A stretch of 64,000 nucleotides of DNA from Promethearchaeota archaeon Loki_b32 (GTDB taxonomy: Archaea; Asgardarchaeota; Lokiarchaeia; Sigyniarchaeales; SOKP01): NCBI GenBank assembly GCA_005223125.1, contig NJBH01000005.1, forward strand, positions 6,509-70,508, written 5' to 3'. This document shows positions 1-9,493 of the stretch, piece by piece. A program made the translations under genes and the position numbers. Positions within the stretch are counted from its first letter, which is position 1; every line of letters begins with the position of its first letter. The notes under the pieces are model-generated. The model was not told the DNA's origin and made no database searches. It saw only the letters and a list, made by a program, of their open reading frames with translations.

Positions 1-211
1 AAGTATACTAGAAAAAATTAAAGATTTATAAATTTATTATTCTTTTTTTAAGAAAATCTTTCTATAATTAAGATTTAATTATTATCTAAATTTGAAAATT
101 TCATGATTTAATTGGTGTATTATAATCTCAAAAAATGATTTTAAGATTTTTGACGCACACCTTCATTCATATGGTGTTTTTCTTGATCCTAATGAAGATA
201 TAATTAGTTAT

Positions 212-982
212 ATGGATAGGTACAACGTAGAAAAAGCAATCATTACCACAATAAATAGAACTAAATATTATGGTAAACAGAAAGAAGAAGCTTCAAAGAT
301 GAAGGAAGGAGATAAAATGGCAAAATTCCTAGATGATTTTAAAAAGATGCTTCCGAAGAATCAATTGGACCATTCCGATGTAATAGAAATTACAAATAAA
401 GCACCTGAGAGATTTTATAAATTCTTTTGGTTTAATCCAAAAATAGCTGCTGATAAAGAAGAATATAACTACAAAATACTGGAAGACCATTTTAAGAAAG
501 GATTTTGTGGAGTAAAAATTCATCCTGGTTTTAATTTTTTAAAAATCCCAAAGGATACCATAAAATTACTTTCCTTCATGCAAGATTATGATAAAAACCT
601 CATATTTTTCATCCATTCAATGCCTAAAACGGGTTTTTTTTCAGGTGTTTTGCCTAAAGACATTGCATATTTGGCAAAAGAGTTTCCAAATTTAAGAATT
701 ATTGCTGGGCATGCTGCTTATTGTATGGAATTTGCTGTAGAGGCAGGATTGACTCTGAAGAAATATAATAATGTGTATTTTGAGACGAGTTGCTCGGTAT
801 CATTTGGTATATTTAATTTATTAAAGACAGTAGGTCATGAAAGAATTTTATTTGGTTCTGATTCACCAACAGCTTCAACACTACCAATTGAAATAGATAA
901 AATTCTAACCTTACCTAAAATTTCAAAAGAAGTAAAACAAGATATTTTATACAATAATGTAATGAAATTATTGAAGTTATAA
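212..982 (+). CDS. Amidohydrolase-2 family metal-dependent hydrolase (TIM barrel); true 5' end probably upstream of the called ATG
   Basis: 256-aa ORF. AGHAAY and ILFGSDSP near the C-terminus fit the amidohydrolase_2 pattern. The HxH metal motif IFDAHLH is encoded in the same frame at 146-166, upstream of the first ATG. Confidence 0.7.
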   Translation: MDRYNVEKAIITTINRTKYYGKQKEEASKMKEGDKMAKFLDDFKKMLPKNQLDHSDVIEITNKAPERFYKFFWFNPKIAADKEEYNYKILEDHFKKGFCGVKIHPGFNFLKIPKDTIKLLSFMQDYDKNLIFFIHSMPKTGFFSGVLPKDIAYLAKEFPNLRIIAGHAAYCMEFAVEAGLTLKKYNNVYFETSCSVSFGIFNLLKTVGHERILFGSDSPTASTLPIEIDKILTLPKISKEVKQDILYNNVMKLLKL

Positions 983-1263
983 TGATAAATACACTATTAT
1001 TAACCCGTTTATATACAATTGGATTTAATTTTGCACGGTTTTTTTGATTCTTTGAAATTTGTTAAGTTTTGAGCGACAAAATCTATTCAACATTTTGTTA
1101 CATGTTGAATTTATTAATGAATTAATTCTTTATTTACTTATTATTAAATTGTGAGATAATTTATCAATATTCTCTTTTTTATTTGTAATTTAATAATAAA
1201 TCAATTAAAAGGAGAATCCTATTTTATTTTAATAACAAATATTAAAAATCTAAAGTTGATTTC

Positions 1264-1836
1264 GTGAGTTATTTAAGGGATAATAAAGTCTGGGAGGAAG
1301 ACGACAATATAAATTGGGATGTTATAGAAATTTCAAAAGTAGACGACAAAATTATTAAGAGGTTAATTGAGAATCTAAAGTTAGATAAATCTGATTTATC
1401 GGAGAACTTTTTTATATCTTTTGAAAGTCTTTTAAAACTAGGAAAAAAGATTGAACCTGTACTTGATTTATTCATTAAAGAAACAACTGAAATTCATAAT
1501 TGTAAAGTAGACACATTCAATTTTATTTTGGATTTTGTGAAAAACAACACTCTAAAGCATGTTTTGGTACCTCAATTATATCATCCAGATTTCATTACTA
1601 GAGCCAGAACTGTATTGAAACTTGAACAGGCTGGTGATTTAAGTTATCTAAATTTTATATTACCATTATTAAATGATCCTGATGACTCAGTTCGTTGGTC
1701 GGTAATACGATTTTTGAATACACACATACATCTTTTAAAAAATCCCTTAGTTTATAAGGAAATAAAATGTTATATTGGAAAAGAATTAAATCCCGTAATT
1801 AGAGAAAAAATGAAGAAATTATTTAAAAAGATATAA
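1264..1836 (+). CDS. Hypothetical protein with HEAT-like repeat
   Basis: 190-aa ORF with GTG start. LLNDPDDSVRWSVIRFL resembles a HEAT/PBS-lyase-type repeat. Nothing else recognised. Confidence 0.5.
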   Translation: MSYLRDNKVWEEDDNINWDVIEISKVDDKIIKRLIENLKLDKSDLSENFFISFESLLKLGKKIEPVLDLFIKETTEIHNCKVDTFNFILDFVKNNTLKHVLVPQLYHPDFITRARTVLKLEQAGDLSYLNFILPLLNDPDDSVRWSVIRFLNTHIHLLKNPLVYKEIKCYIGKELNPVIREKMKKLFKKI

Positions 1837-1864
1837 AATAGACTCTCATTTACTCCTATTTTTT

Positions 1865-2896
1865 TTATAAAGTGTTAATAAATTTAATAACAAATTCTTT
1901 TAGAATAAAACTCAAATCCTTTTTCCAAGCTAAACCATCTAATTTTCGAGTCTTAATTGTTTTACTAAAAATTGTTATAACATTTAAAACAAGATATTTA
2001 ATATTGCCCAAGGTGTTAGCAAGCTTGAGTTTTTCTGTTAACCCTGAAAAAACATCCTCCGCTAAATTTTGAATTAGTAAATCTTTAAAATCATCAAAAT
2101 CATAGAGAGCTCCAAATTTAAAATAGGAGGATAAAAATTGTGCAACAGCATTTTCCATCTCTTTATCCGAGATTTCTCTATTGCTGATACAAAAAGTTTT
2201 AATCAACCTTTCTATCAATAAACCTTCAAATTTACTTTCTGGAACAATTTTATATGTCGTTGTTTTCTTAAACTTAAGTTCTTTCCTGAGTTTTTCTTCT
2301 TTTCTCGCGAAAAGAACATCCTCGTAATCTTTTACAATAATAATTGACAAGCCTGAGCGGAGTATTATAATATTTGTATTTATTTTTTCCGTTTCATGAT
2401 GATGTGTAGGAACATTATCAATGTGCCTAGCTAAATTGTCTTGAATATTAAGGTTTTTAGACTCATATGGACTGAAAAATATTTCATAAAGTGCACTTAA
2501 ATTATGTTCTCTAATATCCTTTTTAAGCAAATTCCTAATATATTTATCATACTCTAGAAAGAATTTGAAAATACAATCGTCGACAGCCAAACTTAAATTA
2601 TTATTGGCATATTGTGCTCTAATTAGGTACTTTTTGTATTCCAATCGAATTTTTTGAGCTCGAATCCATTCAAAGGCTAAATCTAAAAGTTCTTTTCCAT
2701 CTGCTAGCTTATCCCTAAAATATAATAATGTTTCATAAACGTCATTATAATTAGATCCTATTGATTGGTTAATTAAAAATTTAGCTACAATTTGAGTCGG
2801 TCCCGAAGATCTAAATTGCCCTTTAATCCTATCATAATATCGTAACAGTTTGTCTTTCTCAATTTTGTAAATTTCTTCAATGTTTATCTTTTCCAT
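1865..2896 (-). CDS. Hypothetical protein (mostly helical), second gene of a two-gene unit
   Basis: 343-aa ORF starting 9 nt downstream of 2906..3961 on the same strand. No motif recognised. Confidence 0.55.
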   Translation of the reverse strand: MEKINIEEIYKIEKDKLLRYYDRIKGQFRSSGPTQIVAKFLINQSIGSNYNDVYETLLYFRDKLADGKELLDLAFEWIRAQKIRLEYKKYLIRAQYANNNLSLAVDDCIFKFFLEYDKYIRNLLKKDIREHNLSALYEIFFSPYESKNLNIQDNLARHIDNVPTHHHETEKINTNIIILRSGLSIIIVKDYEDVLFARKEEKLRKELKFKKTTTYKIVPESKFEGLLIERLIKTFCISNREISDKEMENAVAQFLSSYFKFGALYDFDDFKDLLIQNLAEDVFSGLTEKLKLANTLGNIKYLVLNVITIFSKTIKTRKLDGLAWKKDLSFILKEFVIKFINTL

Positions 2897-2905
2897 GTTG
2901 ATATA

Positions 2906-3961
2906 CTACTCATTACTCTGTAATTTATCATTTTTATCAAGGATTAATCCTATTTTATCTAGATCTTCATTTGAAATTGTTCCCCATCTCTCAGAAACGA
3001 AATGTGGATTTATTGAATTAAGAGAGTCTTTTATATCTTTATTTTTATCCAAAATGAGCCTTAAATTTTTTTTAAAATATGATAGTTTTCTAGTTTCTTC
3101 AATTTCGCCATTTTGTTGAACCAGTATAACTCCATAGCTTTTAGAAATTTTATTTTCAAAAATATATTCTTCTAAATATACTACTTTTTTATCTCTATAT
3201 CTTAATCTCATCATCCTAATATTTGGAGATATCCCTTTCTTTTCATAAACCTCTAATGTTTCACTTATAAGGTGTTCGTAATAATCTGGTAAGATTGACA
3301 ATACATAATAAGAAGGGATATACTCCAAGTAAAGCTTTCTTAGAGGATCATCCTTACTAAATGTATAAAGGTTTGAGATTCTAATATTTTCTCCCGTCTT
3401 CCTCTCAATTAATCCAACACAGTAATATTTTTGCCCTTCTTCCCAATAAGCCTTCCTAGAAGCACCAAGAGAATATTCAAGAAGATTAAGTCCCCTTTCT
3501 AACTCACTATTTATCATCCGGTTGAAATCAAATCGACTTCCCGAAAGGTTTTCATTCATAATTTTACTTTGGGTAATGCTTGGATGAATATAATTAGAAA
3601 TTTCATCATAAAGTAATTTCACATCTTCGGTATATGGAGTACTTATTAATGCAAAGAGATTTGAAGCACCATCTTGAGTTTCAATAGAAGAGTTAAGTGT
3701 GAAAAATGATTGAAGAACGTCCACCTCATCTACATTAGCACCACGTAAAGAAAGTGAAGCTTCAATAAACTCAATTTGCCAATTTTTTCCAATACCAGTA
3801 GCAGCTGTTAAAAAAACTGGACCAAGGAATTTATAAGAGAGCATCTTAATATCATTAATCTTCATATCAGTCAAATTATCAGAATATTTAATATTATCAA
3901 ATACTAAATTATCTTCATCCGCGAAGAAGAGGCCGAGGATTATGTTTTCATGACTTCTCAT
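2906..3961 (-). CDS. Hypothetical protein, N-terminal region possibly longin-like
   Basis: 351-aa ORF divergent from GTPase 4232..4765. The first ~120 aa (IILGLFFAD..LVFDNIKY..INDIKMLSYKFLGPVFL..WQIEFIEASLSL..SNLFALIS..VKLLYDEISNYI) show a beta-beta-alpha-beta-beta-beta-alpha hydrophobic pattern. This is a weak inference. Confidence 0.55.
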   Translation of the reverse strand: MRSHENIILGLFFADEDNLVFDNIKYSDNLTDMKINDIKMLSYKFLGPVFLTAATGIGKNWQIEFIEASLSLRGANVDEVDVLQSFFTLNSSIETQDGASNLFALISTPYTEDVKLLYDEISNYIHPSITQSKIMNENLSGSRFDFNRMINSELERGLNLLEYSLGASRKAYWEEGQKYYCVGLIERKTGENIRISNLYTFSKDDPLRKLYLEYIPSYYVLSILPDYYEHLISETLEVYEKKGISPNIRMMRLRYRDKKVVYLEEYIFENKISKSYGVILVQQNGEIEETRKLSYFKKNLRLILDKNKDIKDSLNSINPHFVSERWGTISNEDLDKIGLILDKNDKLQSNE

Positions 3962-4231
3962 GGTTATTTCTAAAAGCTATAGGGTTTTTTTACTCCTAAT
4001 AATTAATAGCAAATAAAGTTTTAAGTTTAAGTATTTCGAAAATAAGGTAATCTAATTAAAAGAATGTTAAGTTCCAGTTTTGTGAAGTATAAAAGAATGT
4101 ATGTACTATAAACTAAAACAAAGAAAATTCATACTATATTTAAAAAGTTGAAATTCATTAAAATATTATTGTAAGGGTATAATAATATAAATACTAAAAT
4201 TGATTTATTTACCTAATTACTTTAAGGTTTA

Positions 4232-4765
4232 ATGACAATGGCTAGCTACGATTTTACATTTAAAATTTTGCTTTTAGGAGACGCAAGTGTAGGTAAAACT
4301 TCTTTCACAAAACGATATTGTTATAATATTTTCAATCCTAGTGAAAGATTGACTATTGGTGTTGATTTTCATGTTAAAACGATCGAATTAAACGACAGGC
4401 GAATTAAATTACAATTATGGGACGTTGGAGGTGAGGAAAGATTCAGATTCCTCTTACCAACATATTGTTTGGGGGCGAATGCCGCATTTTTACTATATGA
4501 TATTACGAGACCTTCTACATTGGATAATATTTCGGAATGGATTACTATTGTCAGGCAGAAAGGTGGCCCTATCCCAATTATGCTTGTTGGTTCTAAATTA
4601 GATCTTGAGAAAACTCAACGACAAGTTCAAAGAGATTATGGAATACAAATCGCTGAAAAAAACGACATGGCTAGTTTTGTCGAAATTTCAGCTAAAGAAA
4701 ATGCTAATGTAGATGATGCCTTTAAAGTTCTTACAGAACTCACATTAGACCGAATGAGTAAATAG
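4232..4765 (+). CDS. Rab/Ras-like small GTPase (atypical G3 and G4)
   Basis: G1 GDASVGKTS, switch I TIGVDF, G3 WDVGGEE, G4 GSKLD, G5 SAKE. 177 aa, no C-terminal Cys lipidation motif. Confidence 0.9.
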   Translation: MTMASYDFTFKILLLGDASVGKTSFTKRYCYNIFNPSERLTIGVDFHVKTIELNDRRIKLQLWDVGGEERFRFLLPTYCLGANAAFLLYDITRPSTLDNISEWITIVRQKGGPIPIMLVGSKLDLEKTQRQVQRDYGIQIAEKNDMASFVEISAKENANVDDAFKVLTELTLDRMSK

Positions 4766-4773
4766 GTGATATA

Positions 4774-5736
4774 ATGGAAGATACCGAATATTTGCCTCTT
4801 AACCAATTGTTCGATTCAATTGGCATCATAGAAAAAGGTATTGAAAGAATGTACCATTATCTCCTATTAAATAAGAGAATAGATAATTTAAAAGAAGTGT
4901 GTGATCAATTCAATCTCTCATTAAAAAGAGGGTATAAAATCTGCTCGGTATTAAGTGATCTAGAACTTGTACAAATTTATGATAGACCAATGAAAATTCA
5001 CATTGCTAATCCAATAATGACTTTGTGGCAAAATTTAATCCAAAAACGAATTGAAGACCTTAGAAATCAGTTCAATGAAAAAAGAGATAAGTGTGAATCT
5101 GCAATTGAAGATTTTACTAGAAATTATAAATTAGATCAGCAAGTAGTTCAAGAACCAGTTGAATTTATCAACTATAGTGTTAGTAATTTTGATGAATCGT
5201 ATCATCAGTTCTTAGCCCAAAGTGAATGTAAAATTGCTATAGGTATCAGATATGATAACCCTTTAATTTCCATGATCCATGAGGATCGTTTCCAAAATAT
5301 CCCTGATGATATGAGAACTTCTATGCGAGCCGGTATGAGTAGGATTAAAGAAAATCTAAGAAGTATAAGTGTGCAAGTTATCTTCAATTCTGAGGTTGCT
5401 AAAGATCTTTTAAGCAGTAATGAATTTAAACTTCTCACTAATCATGTTGAACCATACAATTTGGAGTTTAAAAAATTAGAGATTCATGTTACAGATGAAG
5501 CATTTAGTAATTTCAGTTTAACCGATAATGAACTTATTCAACCTAGTTTTGATCCTACAAACATTCTAATCGGTGCTTACATCTCCCGGAATAAAAACAT
5601 TTACCAAATATTCTACGATAAATTTAATGAGATTTTTGAAAAGGGCATACCAATGAATCGATTTATCACTGAACAAAAAGATATTGGTATTGATTCACTC
5701 TCAGAAACACAATTATTTGTTCTATGTGTAATGTGA
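4774..5736 (+). CDS. TrmB-like winged-helix transcriptional regulator with large C-terminal domain
   Basis: Starts 9 nt after the GTPase stop. The N-terminal ERMYHYLLLNKRIDNLKEVCDQFNLSLKRGYKICSVLSDLELVQIY fits the TrmB-type HTH. A ~220-aa C-terminal domain sits where TrmB has its effector domain. Confidence 0.6.
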   Translation: MEDTEYLPLNQLFDSIGIIEKGIERMYHYLLLNKRIDNLKEVCDQFNLSLKRGYKICSVLSDLELVQIYDRPMKIHIANPIMTLWQNLIQKRIEDLRNQFNEKRDKCESAIEDFTRNYKLDQQVVQEPVEFINYSVSNFDESYHQFLAQSECKIAIGIRYDNPLISMIHEDRFQNIPDDMRTSMRAGMSRIKENLRSISVQVIFNSEVAKDLLSSNEFKLLTNHVEPYNLEFKKLEIHVTDEAFSNFSLTDNELIQPSFDPTNILIGAYISRNKNIYQIFYDKFNEIFEKGIPMNRFITEQKDIGIDSLSETQLFVLCVM

Positions 5737-5778
5737 GCAAGATTTTTATTTTTCAAAATAAAAAATTAAAAAATAAAA

Positions 5779-7269
5779 TTATTCTTTTTTCTTTTTTTGC
5801 ATTGCCTTTCTGAATTTTTCAAGCATTTTTCGAGGAGTTACCGTTGGTCTTTCGTATTTTCGTAATTTAGATTTGATTCCAAAAAGATATTTAGCAATAT
5901 CCTTAAGCCTTTCAGTATCGTAGCGCATCATCATTGTGATTGTTTCCATAGCGGGACTCCCACCTCCGTGTAACCCAGCTACTTGCATTAAACCCCCCAA
6001 ATCAGAAACTACCATAGCTTCTATCCCCCGAAAACAACGATAAATGTATTCTGGTTTGACTCTAGGGTTTCTTTTCAAATATTTCATTGCAAGATCTCCC
6101 ACTTCCTCAGAAAAGAAAGAACCTTCAAATGGTAAAGTAGCAATTAATCCTCCAGACAAATCTGCTAAAATTTTATATTCTTCATAGATATTTTCTCCAG
6201 CTAATCTTCTCCCCGCATTTGTAAGAATTTCATCGGGAATCTGAGTACCAGATGGAGATTTCTCTGAATGCCTTGCACTTGATTCTCCTGCCGCAAAAAC
6301 AAGCTCAGCAATTCCTATAATATGGGACAATTTATCTTGAACATGAGAAGCTTTCTCTATTCCATTGTATTCAGCAACTAAGGCAGCAGCAGAAGCTAAA
6401 ATTTCTGATACTGCTGGTTTACATCCAGTATATGTATGACGATGATAGTGAGCAAACATTAGAGCTAAGAATCCAGCGTAAGGAGTTTGTCTAGGGTCTC
6501 CATGACCATTTAGAAATATTCGTTCATTTGGTACAAAAACGTCATCAAAAATAATATATGTTTCAGCATCCCCCATTTGTAATCCTGGAGCATCCATGTG
6601 TTCACTTTTTCTATAATATGCGGGTCTTGTGAGCAATTTGACACCATCCCAATCTCCCGGTAATGCAAATGCTACAGCATAATCTTTATCTTCTGGACCC
6701 ATATACCTGCAAGGAACGACAATAAATTCATCAGCATATGGAGTATTGGTAATATTAATTTTACATCCTCTTACAACGATACCATCATCTCTGGTTTCTA
6801 TAACTCTCAGATATTGGTCTGGATCTTCTTGTTGGTGTGGTCGTTTTAAACGATCTCCTTTAGCATCAGTTTGAGCACAACTAGCTACTATGTCTCGATC
6901 TTGAAAATATTCTAAATATTTTATAAATCTTTTATAGTGGTCCGTTCCGAGAGCTTGGTCCATCTCATAGGTAATAACAGAAAGAGCATTTAATGAATCG
7001 ATACCCATACATCGCTGAATACAACCTCCAACACGATGACATAATAATCGAGTCATTTTTTGTCTTTTTAATAGATCTTCTTTACTTTGATGTATATGAC
7101 AAAAACGATTTATCTTTTTTCCCGTTATATGAGAAGTTACTGTGCATAGATCCTCATATTCTGGGTCGTAAGCACGATCGAACGTCTCTCTAATAATATT
7201 CATCCCTCCCCGAAGACGAGGGTCATCTCTACCAACTTTTTCTTCGCCAATATATACATTTGGCTTCAT
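5779..7269 (-). CDS. abfD: 4-hydroxybutyryl-CoA dehydratase / vinylacetyl-CoA isomerase (HpaB-fold family)
   Basis: Alignable by eye along its length to AbfD. Putative [4Fe-4S] ligand motifs CIQRCMGID and YHRHTYTGCK are present. Family-like N-terminal sequence continues in frame upstream to 7320. Confidence 0.88.
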   Translation of the reverse strand: MKPNVYIGEEKVGRDDPRLRGGMNIIRETFDRAYDPEYEDLCTVTSHITGKKINRFCHIHQSKEDLLKRQKMTRLLCHRVGGCIQRCMGIDSLNALSVITYEMDQALGTDHYKRFIKYLEYFQDRDIVASCAQTDAKGDRLKRPHQQEDPDQYLRVIETRDDGIVVRGCKINITNTPYADEFIVVPCRYMGPEDKDYAVAFALPGDWDGVKLLTRPAYYRKSEHMDAPGLQMGDAETYIIFDDVFVPNERIFLNGHGDPRQTPYAGFLALMFAHYHRHTYTGCKPAVSEILASAAALVAEYNGIEKASHVQDKLSHIIGIAELVFAAGESSARHSEKSPSGTQIPDEILTNAGRRLAGENIYEEYKILADLSGGLIATLPFEGSFFSEEVGDLAMKYLKRNPRVKPEYIYRCFRGIEAMVVSDLGGLMQVAGLHGGGSPAMETITMMMRYDTERLKDIAKYLFGIKSKLRKYERPTVTPRKMLEKFRKAMQKKKKE

Positions 7270-7429
7270 CTTCTTTAAATCTTCAACATACTGTTCAAAA
7301 GTACGAATTTTAATCCACTCTTAATTAAAATGTTAAAATTAGAATTAATATATTATAATAAGTAATTGAAAGTCAATTATAAATTAAATGCCTAAAAAAT
7401 TAAACTCTTGGTATTATAGTTTCACTTCA

Positions 7430-9493
7430 TTATGCATTTATTTCAGGAGCTTTCTTAATAAAAATCTCATTTATTAATGATTCAAATATAGGATGATCTT
7501 TTATTTCAATTACTCGATTAGCCTTTAAATATTTGTTCATTGTATCCCGTATAATATCAGAATTTTGTATGCTTTCTACAAATTGTGTTAATTTTTGGTT
7601 AGCTAGATATGTTTGCCCTTTGAATATATAGCAAATTGAGAAAGAACTAACTGATTGCATTAGTATCGTAAATTCACCAAATTTAGCACGATCAAGCCTT
7701 TTGGCAAAAATCTCTCCGCTAAAAGAATCAAATGCTGTTAAAAATCCACTTATAAGATCATTTTTGAAAGACCATTCTTTTGTAAAGGGATTAGAGAATA
7801 ACGGGAATCCACCTCCTCCAATAATTAAAAGCAATATTGGTGTTTCATGAGTTAATTCAGGTGGTTCTATAGCGCGTTTTCCTTGCATTCTATCTATAAC
7901 TCCTTTAAAAGATGCTAATTTTATGCGTTCTGACATGGGTGCATTTTCTTTTTCTAGATTTTTCCATGTACTTAACTGCTGCAATAATGTATCATGTTCG
8001 ACTGAGATTCTAATAGCTAACAAGTTAAGACCATGGAGTTCAGCTATTTGTTGAGATTGTGTTATTAGTTGTTCTGCTTCCTTGATCTGCATTTGAATTA
8101 GAGCCAGTTTTGCTTGTAATAATTTAATTTCTGCTAACCATAAATAAGCATTTTGTTTTTCTGCTATCTTGGAAATTTGAGCGATTAATGGATTTAATTC
8201 ATCCAAAACTTCTATGTTATTAGTAAAAGATAATTCTTCCAAAAAAATTTCACATAAGTTCACAAGCGCTAAGAGATTTAATTGAGGAGTGCTAATTCCT
8301 TCCCCAATTATTTGCTTTAGTAATAATTCTGCTTCTGTTCGATTCCGAATCCGATTACTCTGTTTCAAGACAAGTGCTTTTGTTATTGAATGCACTTGGC
8401 TGAATACTTTACTCTCATACTGATTGGTGAATTGCTCTAACCGCGTCAAATATAATTGTGCTTGTTCAAGAGAATTATTATCTAAACTAGTTAAAATTAA
8501 ATAAAAAAGTGAAGATGACATTCCGTAAACTGAATTAAATTTTTCTGAAAGTGCCATGCTATGTTGAAGATATTCTATAGCTTTATCAAAATCTCCTTTC
8601 ATCCTATAAGTAGCACCGATTCCCATTAAATTTTCTAGGAACTCATTATTATAACCTTCCTTTTCAGCAAGTTTAACTGCTCGGTTATAATAACTTAAAG
8701 TTCTGTCTAATTCACCCATTTCTTTATAGATGGCACCTAGAAGATGCAATATGCTGAATTTTGTAACAATACCAATTTCGTCAATATTTAATCCTTGTCT
8801 ACCAGTTTTTAACGCTCTATCAAAATCCCCTTTCATATAGTGACAAAGTCCAATTAAATTAAGACTTGCTCCAATACCTATTTGATTGTTTAATTCTTTT
8901 TGTATTACCAAACTTTTCATAGCATAACCTAAAGCTTTATCAGGTTCACTCTTAAAAATGTAAATATCCCCCATTTGACAATACATAAGTGCTATTTCGA
9001 GTTTTTCTTTTAAATCTTCTTCTAATGTTAACCATTCTTGAGATAGCTCAATCGCCTTACTGTGTTCAGTTGCATAATGACAAACAATGGATTTTATAAA
9101 TAAAATATCAGCTTTTTGTTTTGAAAATTCTGAGGATGAATCTTTTAAAATAGAATTAATCAATCTTTCAGCTTCTGAAATATATTCTAATGCTTGGTCT
9201 AGTTTTCCGTAAAATATAATATACGCTTTTATAACTAGAGAATCAATTACTTTAGGAATAAGTCCTATTTTTTGACTTAATTGGTAAGCCTTTTCTCCGA
9301 CTTCTACAGCCTTTTTATATTGTTCTTTATAGCAATATATTTTACTTTTTAAAATCAATATTGATAACTGTTCTTTAGTCTCGTTTATTTTCTTCTTCTC
9401 GAGATTTGTAACTATCTTAAGCGCGTCCTCAAATTTAGCTTGATACATTATTTGTTCCGCGTAGGTTAACTCTTTAAGTATTGAATCGGACAA
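7430..9493 (-). CDS. TPR-repeat protein with C-terminal longin-like domain (paralog of 18934..20889)
   Basis: 687 aa, TTG start. There are many TPR-like repeats (..GDFDKAIEYLQHSMAL.., ..GELDRTLSYYNRAVKLAE..). The C-terminal ~140 aa (ILLLIIGGGGFPLFSNPF..DLISGFLTAFDSFSGEIF..FTILMQSVSSFSICYIFKG..) have a bbabbba pattern. Confidence 0.75.
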   Translation of the reverse strand: MSDSILKELTYAEQIMYQAKFEDALKIVTNLEKKKINETKEQLSILILKSKIYCYKEQYKKAVEVGEKAYQLSQKIGLIPKVIDSLVIKAYIIFYGKLDQALEYISEAERLINSILKDSSSEFSKQKADILFIKSIVCHYATEHSKAIELSQEWLTLEEDLKEKLEIALMYCQMGDIYIFKSEPDKALGYAMKSLVIQKELNNQIGIGASLNLIGLCHYMKGDFDRALKTGRQGLNIDEIGIVTKFSILHLLGAIYKEMGELDRTLSYYNRAVKLAEKEGYNNEFLENLMGIGATYRMKGDFDKAIEYLQHSMALSEKFNSVYGMSSSLFYLILTSLDNNSLEQAQLYLTRLEQFTNQYESKVFSQVHSITKALVLKQSNRIRNRTEAELLLKQIIGEGISTPQLNLLALVNLCEIFLEELSFTNNIEVLDELNPLIAQISKIAEKQNAYLWLAEIKLLQAKLALIQMQIKEAEQLITQSQQIAELHGLNLLAIRISVEHDTLLQQLSTWKNLEKENAPMSERIKLASFKGVIDRMQGKRAIEPPELTHETPILLLIIGGGGFPLFSNPFTKEWSFKNDLISGFLTAFDSFSGEIFAKRLDRAKFGEFTILMQSVSSFSICYIFKGQTYLANQKLTQFVESIQNSDIIRDTMNKYLKANRVIEIKDHPIFESLINEIFIKKAPEINA

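Noticed and set aside
1086-1109. 8-bp hairpin (ttcaacat / atgttgaa) downstream of the amidohydrolase gene, considered as a terminator
   Set aside because: The stem is short and AT-rich, it lies 100 nt past the stop codon, and archaeal termination mainly uses T-tracts. It is not distinctive.
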